A DNA stretch of 64,000 nucleotides, from assembly GCA_038882955.1 (NCBI GenBank), contig JAVZNC010000003.1, positions 96,001-160,000 of the forward strand, read 5' to 3'. The notes beneath the pieces were generated by a model, which was not told where the DNA came from, did not search any database, and was given only the letters and a program-made list of their open reading frames with translations. Position 1 is the first letter of the stretch; every line of letters starts with the position of its first letter. Origin of the DNA: Candidatus Bathyarchaeia archaeon. GTDB lineage: Archaea > Thermoproteota > Bathyarchaeia > Bathyarchaeales > Bathycorpusculaceae. Shown piece by piece: positions 19,198 through 29,858 of the stretch. The translations under genes and the position numbers were made by a program.

Positions 19198-20823
19198 TCA
19201 AGCAAGATTCTGACTGAAACTTTCGTATTCTTTTTCCGAAAACCAGCCCTCATCCCTAAACTGTTTTAATGCAGCAGCAATTTTTTCTCGAATTGTACTT
19301 CGCTTCAGAATGTTAAGCCTGCTTCCTTCTTCAAATATTTCCCTTTCGAAGGCGGCATTCTGCCCAACCAGTACTGGAAGTTTGCCTAAAAGCTGTGTCA
19401 AAGCGTCGAAGCGTGGGGTAAGAAGTTGTTTTATTTTAGCCATACCCAATGCTCCCTTAATTTTTGCTGTTAAGCCTATGCTGTTTGCGAATGAAGGCGG
19501 AAATATAACATAGCGACTTTTTAGTTCAAATTGGTAGCAAGCCATGTAGAATGGCACATAAACCAGTGTTGTTGCCCTTTGTCTTTGCTCCATTCCCAAA
19601 TTTTCAAGTTCATTAAGGTTCGCCATCCTCGCCTTTGCTGTTTTATCAATTTTTTCGGTTACTGCGAATGTCAAGTTTCCAAGACTTTCAACTTTTTGTT
19701 TAAGAAATTCAACCTTTGCGTCTCGTGTCACCTCAAGTTCAAGTAAATCCCTTTTCGCCTCATTAACCCTGTTTTCCCAAAGCGACTTCAGCTTAAAGGT
19801 TTCTTCAGATTTGTTTCCTTCAAGCTTTTCAATTTCCGCTTTAACATTTTTTATCCGCTTTTCTAATTCGGAAATCTCCTTTTTGCTTTGGGCGATTTTC
19901 TCTTTCCATTTTCTCTCACCCACAGCATCCTTTTTGGAAGCACATGTTTTCGCATCAACATTGTAGCGTTCAATTCTGTTTTGCAACTGCTCCTTTGCCT
20001 TTTCAAGTTTTATTTTCTCCTTTTGCAGTGGAAAAAGACTCTTCTCAAAGTCCTTAGCGAGTTTCTTTACCTTCTCGTTGAACTCCTCGTTTATGCCCCG
20101 AACTTTGGACTTTGTTATGGCTTCTTGCTCCTTTATTTTCTTGCCAAATTCTTCCTTTGTGGCTTTCATTTGCTTATGAAGTTCTCTGGTGAAAGTTTGC
20201 GCTTGTTTGTTGAGAAACTTCATACCATCATAAAGGACTTCAATTTCTTCCTTAAATGATGCCTTTATGTTTTCAATTTCCTGAACAACAGAAGAGATGC
20301 GCGACTCGTCCATTGTTAACGGCAATTTTAGTACATCCGCCAATGGTTTTTCAAGCTCCTTTGCTTCAGAAAAATGCGATGAAAATTCGCTGAGAACGCC
20401 AACATCCGCAATTAACCCATTTAGCGTTAACTCCTTCTTGACTGAGGGGTACTGAAAATAGTTTAAGTTTTCAGAGAGAAAGGAAATGAATGTTTCTAAA
20501 TCTTTGGAGCTTCTTTCAACGCCTTCCATAAAGCTTTTTGCGTCTGGCAAAACAGCATATGCAAAATTGCAGCTTGCCTTGCCCAATCCATCAAAGAGTA
20601 GGCTTCTTTTCTTCCATGGAACAACCCAGAATGGATAAGCGCTCTCAACAATGAAGGCTAGTTTTTCCTCAGGCTGTTTTAAGATTAAGCCTCCGCCCTT
20701 TGCCCTTTCCAGTTCGGCGAAACAGAAAATTGCAGCCTTTTCCATATCTTTAGTGAATGGCTCTTCACGACTTTCAGAAGCCACGGAAAACGGGAACAAC
20801 AACTGCCTAATTTCTTGAGACAA
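19198..20823 (-). CDS. Hypothetical protein with long central coiled coil
   Basis: About 220-aa K/E-rich heptad region flanked by YPFW and YVPFY-bearing globular segments. Confidence 0.8.
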   Translation of the reverse strand: MSQEIRQLLFPFSVASESREEPFTKDMEKAAIFCFAELERAKGGGLILKQPEEKLAFIVESAYPFWVVPWKKRSLLFDGLGKASCNFAYAVLPDAKSFMEGVERSSKDLETFISFLSENLNYFQYPSVKKELTLNGLIADVGVLSEFSSHFSEAKELEKPLADVLKLPLTMDESRISSVVQEIENIKASFKEEIEVLYDGMKFLNKQAQTFTRELHKQMKATKEEFGKKIKEQEAITKSKVRGINEEFNEKVKKLAKDFEKSLFPLQKEKIKLEKAKEQLQNRIERYNVDAKTCASKKDAVGERKWKEKIAQSKKEISELEKRIKNVKAEIEKLEGNKSEETFKLKSLWENRVNEAKRDLLELEVTRDAKVEFLKQKVESLGNLTFAVTEKIDKTAKARMANLNELENLGMEQRQRATTLVYVPFYMACYQFELKSRYVIFPPSFANSIGLTAKIKGALGMAKIKQLLTPRFDALTQLLGKLPVLVGQNAAFEREIFEEGSRLNILKRSTIREKIAAALKQFRDEGWFSEKEYESFSQNLA

Positions 20824-21069
20824 TTGTTCACCATTCTAGATTTTAGAAGCCATTAACAACTTAAATGCTTTGTGAAACCCTTGAGATTGGAAGTTCGCCA
20901 TCCACTGTGCCTATTGCAAAAGTCTCAAAGCGTATTTGCCTTTATCTTTTCGGATAATAGAAAAATTTGGAGTTTTAGGCAGCAGCAGATAGGCATTCTA
21001 TTTGGTCACTTTAGTGACCTCGAATCTATAATTGCGGTTATTTGTATAAATTTTGCCCAAGCAAGCCTA

Positions 21070-22305
21070 TTATGACCTTTTCTTTTGTTTAAATAGTGAA
21101 GTTCCCACGGTGGCTATTATTGCAGTAGCAAGAATTATTATGACTGCAAGGTTTATGTAAAGCGGTCCAAAAACTTGGAATATTGAACCAGCTTCTGGAT
21201 ACAATATGGGATTAGCATATTGCATTGGTAGTGTTGCCAAAACAGCTGCAGCCAATCCTCTTGTCAATAGCACGCTCATTATTGGGCGTTCGCATGCTAG
21301 TTCGCTGGAGTCTTTTATTGCTATTGTTACTGCACCGAATCTAGCTAAAAGCAGTGTTAAAGATAGAATTATTCCAATAACGATTGTTGCTACGTCGCTT
21401 ATCGCCACTATTAAGCCTATGTAAACGAAGAAGAATGTTCTTAGGAGAAAAGCGATTTCCGACTCGAACTTTTTTAGTCCAGCATCAACAACCACGCTTT
21501 GGATTCTCTCCATCTTTAATATGTGATAAATCTCCTTTTCATTGCCAAAAACTATGCCGAACAGGAGTGAACAAAGCGCGCCGCTTCCGCCTAAAAATTC
21601 TGTGAAAGCGTAGGCTAGGAGCACAACCGCCAATGTTAGCATGTAAGCGTAAGATGCGATGGCAACTTTCCTAAGTATGGTGAGCCATATCAACCCGAAA
21701 ATGATGCCTAACACTATTCCAGTTGAGAATCTGCGTGCTATAGACTGGACGATTGCTGTTAAGTCAACGGTTCCTTTTAATATTATTTCAATAACGACCA
21801 GCGAGAAGACTATGCAGAAAATGTCCGTAATCGCAGATTCGAGGCTTAACACTGTTGAACATTTCTCGCTTAAACCAATTTTTGAAGCTAAAGAAAACAT
21901 AACTATGCTGCAACTGCCACCGAACATTGTTCCAAAAAGTATGCAGTAGGGTAGCGGAATGTCTGGGCGGGCAACCATTAAGACCAAGGTTACTGCGAAG
22001 ACGCTGAATGTAAAACCAGTTATTGCGAGAACAACTGCTCTTGGGCTTTCTGAAAACACGCGGTAAATGTTAATAGCCATTCCACCATCAAACAAAATGA
22101 AGACAAGCGCCAACGCAGCAAGATACGGCGCTAAACCCATTATTGCCCCAGCGTTAACAACATTTGTAACTGGTCCCAGAAGCATTCCAAGGGTTATTAG
22201 TATTAGCACGTCTGGAAAGCCTGTTCGCTCAAAAACGTAATTGCCCAAAAAACCGATAACAATTATTGCACCGCTTAGTATCAACGCAAGCGTGACGGGA
22301 TCCAT
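21070..22305 (-). CDS. CPA1/NhaP-type cation:proton antiporter
   Basis: ILFDGG, LESAITD, TRGLAAAVLA. Confidence 0.9.
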   Translation of the reverse strand: MDPVTLALILSGAIIVIGFLGNYVFERTGFPDVLILITLGMLLGPVTNVVNAGAIMGLAPYLAALALVFILFDGGMAINIYRVFSESPRAVVLAITGFTFSVFAVTLVLMVARPDIPLPYCILFGTMFGGSCSIVMFSLASKIGLSEKCSTVLSLESAITDIFCIVFSLVVIEIILKGTVDLTAIVQSIARRFSTGIVLGIIFGLIWLTILRKVAIASYAYMLTLAVVLLAYAFTEFLGGSGALCSLLFGIVFGNEKEIYHILKMERIQSVVVDAGLKKFESEIAFLLRTFFFVYIGLIVAISDVATIVIGIILSLTLLLARFGAVTIAIKDSSELACERPIMSVLLTRGLAAAVLATLPMQYANPILYPEAGSIFQVFGPLYINLAVIIILATAIIATVGTSLFKQKKRS

Positions 22306-22425
22306 ATCTCCAAACCTTTCCGCCCATAGTTTAGCAGAATCGCTTAAAGAATTTTCGTAGATGCTTGAAAGCGAAAAATAGAAATATGATTGATGCTATG
22401 CTCATCTAGTTCGCGTGTGTTTAGA

Positions 22426-23370
22426 ATGTTTGATCTCGTGCTCAATGTTTTGGCATTAGCCCTTTCGCTAGTTGTGTTAGCCGTGGCTAGCCAGTTCACT
22501 ATAAAATCAATCGAGAGGTTGATTGAGCTTACGCGACTCAGCGAGGCTTCTATTGGTTTTGTTGTAATGTCTGTGATGACAAGTATTCCTGAAATTTTTG
22601 TTGCTGCTTCCTCTGTTCTGCATGGTAAACCAGCATTTTCGGTGGGTGACATATTAGGCTCTAATGTTTTTAACATGGGGATAGTTGTCGGAGTTTTAGC
22701 GACCATGGACTTTCTTAAGAAGAGTTCCTCAGAACTTTTAACAGAACTTGTTGACATACTGTTCCTTTCATCCATAATTCCCCTAATCCTTGTCATTTTT
22801 GGGGCAGCCCACTCCTTGATTGGATTGGCGCTCATATGCATCTTTATGTTTAGCGTTCGCGAGATGACAAAAAAGAGGAAGCAAGCACCGCTTGACGATA
22901 AAACAGCCAACAATAAAAAGGCGGTTAGCAAGAAAAGCGTCCTTTTTAAGATAGTTATTGGAATTGCCGTGGTTATTGTGGCAGCCGAGCTTATAATTAT
23001 GTCAGCATCCAACATCTCAATAATACTTGGAGCTGCACCTGTGCTGATAGGCGCAAAAATCATAGCGATAGGCACGTCAATGCCGGAACTTGCCCTTGAC
23101 TTGACGGCTGTTCGAAGGGGACGAGTTAACCTTGCCATTGGAGATTTAATTGGCTCAAACTTGACGAATATCACCCTTATTTTAGGGATTGTTCTGCTAT
23201 TTTCTTCACCTGAACTGATTAACTTTTCAATACTCGCAGAAATTGTTCCATTTGTTTTAATAACAACGCTCATTCTTTGGCGTTACCTTACAAAAGGCGG
23301 AGTTTCACAGTTTGGCGGATTAGCATTAATAATTGTTTATGTTATATTCCAAGCGGTTGTAACGGCATAG
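22426..23370 (+). CDS. Na+/Ca2+ exchanger (CaCA family)
   Basis: Alpha repeats TSIPE...GSNVFN and GTSMPE...GSNLTN. Confidence 0.9.
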   Translation: MFDLVLNVLALALSLVVLAVASQFTIKSIERLIELTRLSEASIGFVVMSVMTSIPEIFVAASSVLHGKPAFSVGDILGSNVFNMGIVVGVLATMDFLKKSSSELLTELVDILFLSSIIPLILVIFGAAHSLIGLALICIFMFSVREMTKKRKQAPLDDKTANNKKAVSKKSVLFKIVIGIAVVIVAAELIIMSASNISIILGAAPVLIGAKIIAIGTSMPELALDLTAVRRGRVNLAIGDLIGSNLTNITLILGIVLLFSSPELINFSILAEIVPFVLITTLILWRYLTKGGVSQFGGLALIIVYVIFQAVVTA

Positions 23371-23384
23371 AGAAACGCATTTCC

Positions 23385-24071
23385 TTACCAGATTTTGTCC
23401 ACCTTCAAATGCGTTAAGTATCCAGCAACACCATACAGCGGAAAAGAGGAAATCTCCACCATGTTTCCTGTTGAAATCGGATTTTCGACAAAGACAAAAA
23501 ACCCAACCAAGAGAAGAAATACACCATAAACCGCGAGTGATCTAAAGTTATGGAAAGTTTCAACGGTTCTCCATTTTAGGCGTACTCCAGAAAATAAAAC
23601 CCAAATTACAATGGGCGCAAACAACAAAATAAAATATCTTTTATACCATGGCGGGTCTTTGTAGACGGAACTGTTTTCCCTTTTTCTATAAATCGATGGC
23701 AAGTCTGGAAGAAAATTGCTGTAGAAGAATACGAGCATGCCCCACAACATGGGAGCGATGGAATTTTCACCGAAGAAGTAGAAATTTGCAAATACAAAGA
23801 TTATGCTTGCTGGTAAAACCACGAATTTGAAAACCTTAACAGCAGCATGCACGTGTTCTGCTGTTTCTTCTTTCATACGCCAAACTGGAAACTTTGACTT
23901 CACTTTTCGGTTTATACTCTTAAAAGAGTGCAGTACAAAACCGTAAATGGCAGTGTATAACCCCTTAAGAACATCACGAATAGCTTTTGAAACCCCACCC
24001 TTCTTTTTACGCGTAGTCCATCGCCACCCGCCCATTAAACGCCATCCGACTTTAACCTTTTGCTTAAGCAC
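23385..24071 (-). CDS. Membrane protein, YdjM-like metal-dependent hydrolase motifs
   Basis: FLPDLP, TFHN, GYLTHLKVD in a multi-TM protein; start uncertain. Confidence 0.6.
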   Translation of the reverse strand: MLKQKVKVGWRLMGGWRWTTRKKKGGVSKAIRDVLKGLYTAIYGFVLHSFKSINRKVKSKFPVWRMKEETAEHVHAAVKVFKFVVLPASIIFVFANFYFFGENSIAPMLWGMLVFFYSNFLPDLPSIYRKRENSSVYKDPPWYKRYFILLFAPIVIWVLFSGVRLKWRTVETFHNFRSLAVYGVFLLLVGFFVFVENPISTGNMVEISSFPLYGVAGYLTHLKVDKIW

Positions 24072-25440
24072 TTGAATGTACAGTAGGCTTTCTTGCCAAA
24101 AAATCTGTTATCTTCTTTTGGAAAAGAGCATTTTTCAAAAGTTCACTCCGCATAATCCACCGTTGAATCGGAATTTGAAATCTACTTGCAATAAACTTTA
24201 AGGCTTCATCTAAATTATTAAAGGCATAAGGCTTCTGGCGCATGGCGTTCCTAACATTTTCTCTCACCTGCCAGACACCAACTGGCATTATATAGCCTGG
24301 ATGAGCCTCACGCAAAACAATCACCGTCGCTTGTCTCTCTTCCTTGACAAGTTGTTCGCAAACTGCCAGACGCGCCGCATAGTAGCACCCGCCAATCTCC
24401 GCGTAGGTTGTTCTTCCATCATAGCCCTCCCAATCAGAATACATGACAACACTTTTTCCGCTAGGGTTCCAAACAGTTCCCGGATACCAAGCCTCAATAG
24501 CCTCGTAGCTCCATTTGCCTGGAATCATGAGCACTTCGAAGATATTGTCCAAGTAACGTGATTCGTAAACACGGTATTCGCTTATTTCTGTAAAAGTCTT
24601 CACTTTGTCCATTAACTGTTTTGAGATTATGCTGTCAACGGCTGTTATGCTCCAGCGTGTTGGCACAAGTCGCCTATTCCTTTTTAAGCCGAAAGCGCCG
24701 ACACTGAAGGCTCTCTGAATTTTTGTCACAAACACGCCTTTACCGTATAGTTCTGTCACAGCCTCCGCCGCCCTCAAGTCCGTATCATAGTATGCCTTTT
24801 CAATCTGGTGGTCCCATCTGGCATTGCCAACAAGCATGTTTCTTATCGGTGCTGATGGACCGAAGGGCTGAACTTCATCATCCAAAAGGATGAAGCCTCT
24901 AGGCTTTTTCTTTAACATTAACTCGACATCAACTGGGTTAACAGCCAAAGCCAGTTCACGCGTCTTCTCAATTATTTTGCCTCCAGCTTCAAACTTTTGC
25001 ACATGAACGCGGTATTTGCCCCTTATCAGCAAAGAGCGAAAACCAACAATGTCGTCTATGGACTTTCCAAACCAAAACTCTGGCAAATCATATAGGCTTG
25101 TGTCTTCCCTAATTGGCGGAACAAGTGGTCCAGCATAAACGTATGGATAACCGATCCTTCCAACAAATACGCTTGGGGGCGAAGCCCCAGCAATTTCCTC
25201 GCTCTGCATAAGAGGCATGCTCTTCAAGAAATAGTTAGCCTTCACAATTATAGGACAGCGAGTTTTGCCGCAAAGAAAACGCGAACCCTTGCACACCACG
25301 CACAAGCCGCTTCGAGAAGCTTTAGCGATTATCTGGCTTTCGTCGTAATTAATTTCAGAAACTGCGCCTGACTCCTTTAGTATGTCAAGTAGCCAGACAT
25401 TTGGAGAACGGCCATTCGCTTTCCTATGAGAAAGCCTCAA
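24064..25440 (-). CDS. nreA: Archaeal DNA repair protein Nre
   Basis: CVVCKG..LCGKTRCP zinc site, PPSVFVGRIGYP, LVPTRWSITAVD, PVGVWQVRE, C-terminal PIP box QKKITDF. Confidence 0.92.
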   Translation of the reverse strand: MRLSHRKANGRSPNVWLLDILKESGAVSEINYDESQIIAKASRSGLCVVCKGSRFLCGKTRCPIIVKANYFLKSMPLMQSEEIAGASPPSVFVGRIGYPYVYAGPLVPPIREDTSLYDLPEFWFGKSIDDIVGFRSLLIRGKYRVHVQKFEAGGKIIEKTRELALAVNPVDVELMLKKKPRGFILLDDEVQPFGPSAPIRNMLVGNARWDHQIEKAYYDTDLRAAEAVTELYGKGVFVTKIQRAFSVGAFGLKRNRRLVPTRWSITAVDSIISKQLMDKVKTFTEISEYRVYESRYLDNIFEVLMIPGKWSYEAIEAWYPGTVWNPSGKSVVMYSDWEGYDGRTTYAEIGGCYYAARLAVCEQLVKEERQATVIVLREAHPGYIMPVGVWQVRENVRNAMRQKPYAFNNLDEALKFIASRFQIPIQRWIMRSELLKNALFQKKITDFLARKPTVHSSA

Positions 25441-25540
25441 CTTTTATCACCATAACCCTTGGTCTAAACAGGCTCATAATGCTTTCTGGAAAATTTAAAA
25501 TATCAAGATGGGCATATTGGGAAGAAAAGGCTTTGAAATT

Positions 25541-27394
25541 ATGTATAAGAAAAGTGCAATTAAAAGAATCGCGCTTACGCTGTTCGTTTTGGCGTTTGCG
25601 GCTTCTCTTCTTCCAACTAGCATAAAAATCCATGGCAGCCCATCGGACAATTGGTGGCCCATGTTCCAATGTGACCCCTGTAGGACGGGCAGTTCAGGCT
25701 CAAACGTACCAATCTCCAATTTGACACTTTGGCATTACCAATTCTCAACCGCGCAGGGATTTTATGTCTTTTCGCCTGTTGTAGTGGATGGACGAGTCTA
25801 TATTACGGTTCCTTACATGCAATGTATAAATGCGACAACTGGTCTTCCACTGTGGTATAATCATACTTTGGGAATAAACACATTTTCTCCAGCAGTTTCA
25901 AACGGGAAAGTCTACGTATGCAATGGCACGAATGTCTACTGCTTAGACGCTTACACTGGCAACTATATTTGGAATTTTACCACATCGCAGAATTTCACTT
26001 GGCTTAACTCTGCTCCTATTGTTGCTGGTGACAAAGTTTATGTGGGCAACGGAGGCGGAATATGGTGTTTAAACGCTGCAACTGGCAGCCAAATATGGTA
26101 CGCTGCTCGTGATGCATATTATGGAATTTCTCTTGATGGAGACAGAATTTTCGCAGCACGTTATGAGATTAACTGCTTAAACGCAAGTACTGGCGCCTTA
26201 TTATGGTATACTCCGTTAAAATGTATGACGTGGACGATGCCGGTGGCTTATGAAGGAAGAATCTTTGTGGGTGACATAGTGTCTTACACGAATCAAACAG
26301 GAGTTTTACACTGCCTAAACCAGACCACTGGAAGCTATATTTGGAACTTCACAAGCGATGTGCAAAGTCCATCATTATTTCCTCCAGCTGTTGGCTTCTG
26401 GAAAGTAGTCATAGCCTTCGGTGACTATCTGTACTGTTTGCGGGCTGACAACGGTGAAATGTTGTGGTGGCGTGGCTTCTGTCAACCTATATTCACGTCG
26501 CCAGTGTTAAGCCTCACAGCAGATTCAAAAGTCATTGTAGGCTCCAACTATAATGTTTACTGCTGCAGCTTACTAAACGGAAATACAATCTGGGAGCATC
26601 CTACTGGCGACTGGGTGGAATCCACACCAGCAATAGCTGATGGAAAAATTTTTGTCGGCTCAGACGACGGTTATCTGTACTGTTTCGGAAGCGAAAACAT
26701 TCCTCCGTCTATAACGATAACTTATCCAGAAAACATGACCTTTACCAATATTTCGACGGTAACGGTTTCTGGAACAGCGTATGATAACGTGCAAGTTAAA
26801 AGCGTCAAAATCAGAGTAAACTATGGCTCATGGAGCAACGCCATCGGCACAACATCGTGGAGCCAAAATGTCACATTAAGCTTCGGCTCAAACATCATAC
26901 AAGCACAAGCCTTCGACTCCTTCAACAATCCATCTTCAATAGAAACAATAAACATAACCTTCGACGACGTAAGCCCAACAATTTATCAACCAATCCAAAG
27001 CCCATCACATGACAACGTATTTCCAAACCAGCCAGTACGAGTCTTCGCTTTAATGAGTGACGTTGGAACAGGAATAAAAAACACTACTTTATACTATGAG
27101 GTTAACGAAAATGGCACATGGATACCACGCGAAATGCACCTCAACGAATCAATAGGACTATACGAAACGGAAATCCCCGGATACCCCGAAAACACGCTAA
27201 TAAAATACAAGATATTGGCTTATGACTATGCTGGAAACGGCGTGGAACAAAACGGCACAGGCAGCTACTACCCATACACGGTTATCCCAGAACTCCCAAC
27301 AATACTTATGCTAACATTATTAATCGCCACAACAACATCAGTACTCGTAATAACCTGCCACAAGAGAAAACCGTCAAAAACACCTAACTCATAA
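25541..27394 (+). CDS. Secreted PQQ-like beta-propeller protein with Ig-like domains and PEF-CTERM-like anchor
   Basis: WPMFQ start motif, repeated CLNAxTG..W blades, VIPELP + TM + basic tail. Confidence 0.9.
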   Translation: MYKKSAIKRIALTLFVLAFAASLLPTSIKIHGSPSDNWWPMFQCDPCRTGSSGSNVPISNLTLWHYQFSTAQGFYVFSPVVVDGRVYITVPYMQCINATTGLPLWYNHTLGINTFSPAVSNGKVYVCNGTNVYCLDAYTGNYIWNFTTSQNFTWLNSAPIVAGDKVYVGNGGGIWCLNAATGSQIWYAARDAYYGISLDGDRIFAARYEINCLNASTGALLWYTPLKCMTWTMPVAYEGRIFVGDIVSYTNQTGVLHCLNQTTGSYIWNFTSDVQSPSLFPPAVGFWKVVIAFGDYLYCLRADNGEMLWWRGFCQPIFTSPVLSLTADSKVIVGSNYNVYCCSLLNGNTIWEHPTGDWVESTPAIADGKIFVGSDDGYLYCFGSENIPPSITITYPENMTFTNISTVTVSGTAYDNVQVKSVKIRVNYGSWSNAIGTTSWSQNVTLSFGSNIIQAQAFDSFNNPSSIETINITFDDVSPTIYQPIQSPSHDNVFPNQPVRVFALMSDVGTGIKNTTLYYEVNENGTWIPREMHLNESIGLYETEIPGYPENTLIKYKILAYDYAGNGVEQNGTGSYYPYTVIPELPTILMLTLLIATTTSVLVITCHKRKPSKTPNS

Positions 27395-27409
27395 AAGTCT
27401 CGTGTTTAA

Positions 27410-27487
27410 TGGCGCCCTGGCCGGGATTTGAACCCGGGTCTAGCGGGCGACAGCCGCTTATACTAGACCGGACTATACTACCAGGGC
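27410..27487 (-). tRNA. tRNA-Asp(GUC), CCA encoded
   Basis: Cloverleaf GCCCUGG.../AGCGG-CU-GUC-GC-CCGCU/GGUUCAAAUCC. Confidence 0.97.
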
Positions 27488-27930
27488 TCATGGCATTTTG
27501 AGACGCCAAAAGAATAGGTTGAGATAGCAAATTTAAACCTTATCTTCTAATGATTATTTTTTGGAATTGCTGCTGTTTGGTTCTTGCAAATTGCCTTAAT
27601 CTTTTCAAATTCCTCATCTTCCGCGTGTTTCCTTCGCAAGTACAAATCCAAAATGAGCATTGAAATGTATGGCACTAAAAAGATAAAGCACAGCGAAGAG
27701 AAGATTCTCAAATAACATACATAAGCCGAACGCTCGGCTTAAAGGCTCAAACTCATAAAACCTTAAGATGTCCTGTATTATGAAAGCCAAAAAGTCAACA
27801 TCAAACAAACCACAAACTGAACAAGCACACTTCTATACTTTCCCAACAGAATAACAAGTAATAAGCAAAACACGCAGGTTTTCATCACAAAAGGGGATAT
27901 AAAGAAAGAGGTTGGCGTCATCCTTTGCAT

Positions 27931-28569
27931 TTAGGCTGGTGTCGCAGCTGATGTTGCAGGTTGTGCCTGTTGGGGTTTTATCTGGAAGAATGCGATGGCA
28001 AGCAATAGTGCCGAAATCCATATTAGGATTAATCCTATGCCGAAAAGAATGATTAGCACTGCACCTATTAGAAGCAGTAATCCAGCGGTTGAGAACAAAC
28101 CGACACCTGATTTTACTGAAAGCGTTCCAAGCGAGCGCCTGACAAAGAATGCTGAGATGATAGAGAAAACCCAGAAAGTAACGAACACCACGAACACGCC
28201 TACAAGGAAAGGTGTAATGGCTTCTAAAGAAAACTTTGACATATCCGGTGTTAGACCTGAAAGTGCCGTCCAGTCGCCATTCCAGTCTGGGAAAATCGTA
28301 TATAGAAAATCAGTCAGCGAAGTTAAAACCGTAATAATAGCTAATGCCATTGCAATCACGCCACCGACTATTCCTATTATCAGTCCGTAAAGGGCGTTGT
28401 TGAAAATGCTTCCTTCGTGGTAATAGCTAGCCAAATTGTACAGGGCAACCATGACAAGCACTAGACCGACAAGCTCGATTATGCCAAGGTAATTGATGTA
28501 TGGAAAAATCCCAATAAACATCAGCAATGCGCCTACTCCGCCCAATATTCTACCATTTTCTATTGACAT
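27931..28569 (-). CDS. DUF996-like membrane protein
   Basis: ILGGVGALL...IFNNALYG...LFSTAGLLLLIGA...AFFQI. Confidence 0.8.
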   Translation of the reverse strand: MSIENGRILGGVGALLMFIGIFPYINYLGIIELVGLVLVMVALYNLASYYHEGSIFNNALYGLIIGIVGGVIAMALAIITVLTSLTDFLYTIFPDWNGDWTALSGLTPDMSKFSLEAITPFLVGVFVVFVTFWVFSIISAFFVRRSLGTLSVKSGVGLFSTAGLLLLIGAVLIILFGIGLILIWISALLLAIAFFQIKPQQAQPATSAATPA

Positions 28570-28724
28570 TTTTATCCTCAACCCCCTAATCTAAGTGAAC
28601 TAAGAATAAAAGGGTTACCAAAACGTTGAGTCCTTCACATTAAACTAGAGGCGAAAAGCAACAGAATTCAATAATTTAGTTAAAACAATGCCCTTCTTCA
28701 ATGTGAACCTGGATATTTTCGTTT

Positions 28725-28985
28725 TTCACCTAATTACTTTGACTCCGCCGATTATACCCGAGATGAAGCCTATTATGAATTCTTCTCCCATGATTATGCT
28801 GGGTATCGAGAACACAATGGCTGTAATACTCGCAAATGGACCGCTGCATTATTGGCTGATCCTAGAAGCGCAGGAAAATCCAAGGAAACCATGTTGCTGC
28901 AATTCCTACTGCCACAACATTGTAAACTATCAAGATCCCCGCTACCAGAGACAAGGCAAATGTTTTTGTTGGTTTTCGCTTTGGC
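28725..28985 (-). pseudogene. Degraded small membrane-protein gene
   Basis: Hydrophobic fragments KPTKTFALSLVAGILIV...WFPWIF and TAIVFSIPSIIMG..FIIGFISGIIGG split across frames and stops. Confidence 0.5.
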
Positions 28986-28995
28986 TTGTATCATA

Positions 28996-29550
28996 TCACT
29001 CTCGAGATTTTCTTGCAAGTTCCCTAGCCCAATTGTAAATTTCATCCCAGCTGCGCAGGTCATAGATATTTGGTGCAACTTTGAAGCCGTGTTTTTCAAG
29101 TTGCGGTTTGAAGAATCCCATACCTTTACGTGCTATGAAGCCCATTTTGTTATAGTCGATAACTCCGCCGAAAAAACCTAACGCTATAGGCTTGAGATCG
29201 TACTTTGCAACTTTGTCCTCTAGGGCAAGCTTTCGCGTTCTCGCAACGTCATCCATCTTTCCTTCTCTCTCAAAAAACGTTATCATCGAAGAGACAAACA
29301 AAGCCAGCTTTTTACCTTCAAAGTTCTTCCTGAATTTTTTCAGAAAATCCTCAGCCTCACTTGTATATCTACAATTGCCCATGCCACTGCCCACAATGAT
29401 TAAGTCATACTCTGATATGTCTTCAATTTTTTCTTCTTTCAAGTTAGCTACCTTAGTGTCAAAACCTTCCTCTCTTAATATCTTTGCTATTTCCTCTGAA
29501 GTTCCAGCAGTTGCTCCATAGCGTGTACCATATGCAATCAACGCTCTCAA
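28996..29550 (-). CDS. Flavodoxin-domain protein (HemG-like)
   Basis: IAYGTRYGAT, YDLIIVGS, FGGVIDY, DLRSWDEIYNWA. Confidence 0.88.
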   Translation of the reverse strand: MRALIAYGTRYGATAGTSEEIAKILREEGFDTKVANLKEEKIEDISEYDLIIVGSGMGNCRYTSEAEDFLKKFRKNFEGKKLALFVSSMITFFEREGKMDDVARTRKLALEDKVAKYDLKPIALGFFGGVIDYNKMGFIARKGMGFFKPQLEKHGFKVAPNIYDLRSWDEIYNWARELARKSRE

Positions 29551-29676
29551 GATCTCACCTGCACACTGGTTTTCAACTAGATTAATAAATATTCCTTAGG
29601 CTGGCACACGCGAATAAGTGACCGACGTATACGGATTCAAAAATCCTCTGCCAACGCAAGCAATTCTAACAAAAAG

Positions 29677-29696
29677 TGCGGGGAGTGGGATTTGAA
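29677..29696 (-). repeat. Degenerate copy of the tRNA-Leu 3' end (att-like)
   Basis: TGCGGGGAGTGGGATTTGAA matches 33937..33956 at 19/20 positions. Confidence 0.8.
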
Positions 29697-29858
29697 TCTC
29701 GCAGCATTGAGAAACCACTCGCAAAGCTTATGCAGTCATGATTACTGCAGCATTGCCCTGCGTTGAGTTTGCTGATGATTTTTCTTCTATAAGATTATTA
29801 CAGAAAAATATAAGTTGATTTATAACTCATAATGCTGAGCGCCTAAGGAGAGCAAATA

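Noticed and set aside
21004-21019. 7-bp inverted repeat GGTCACT-tt-AGTGACC
   Set aside because: Single short palindrome with no second copy or context to assign a function
22344-23273. 309-aa minus-strand ORF
   Set aside because: Antisense shadow of the CaCA exchanger, which has the clear family motifs
25440-27410. Possible att-bounded island at tRNA-Asp
   Set aside because: No duplicated tRNA-Asp 3' fragment found by eye upstream of the PQQ-propeller gene
27614-27808. 64-aa hydrophobic ORF
   Set aside because: Weak start, no recognisable family; may be a remnant
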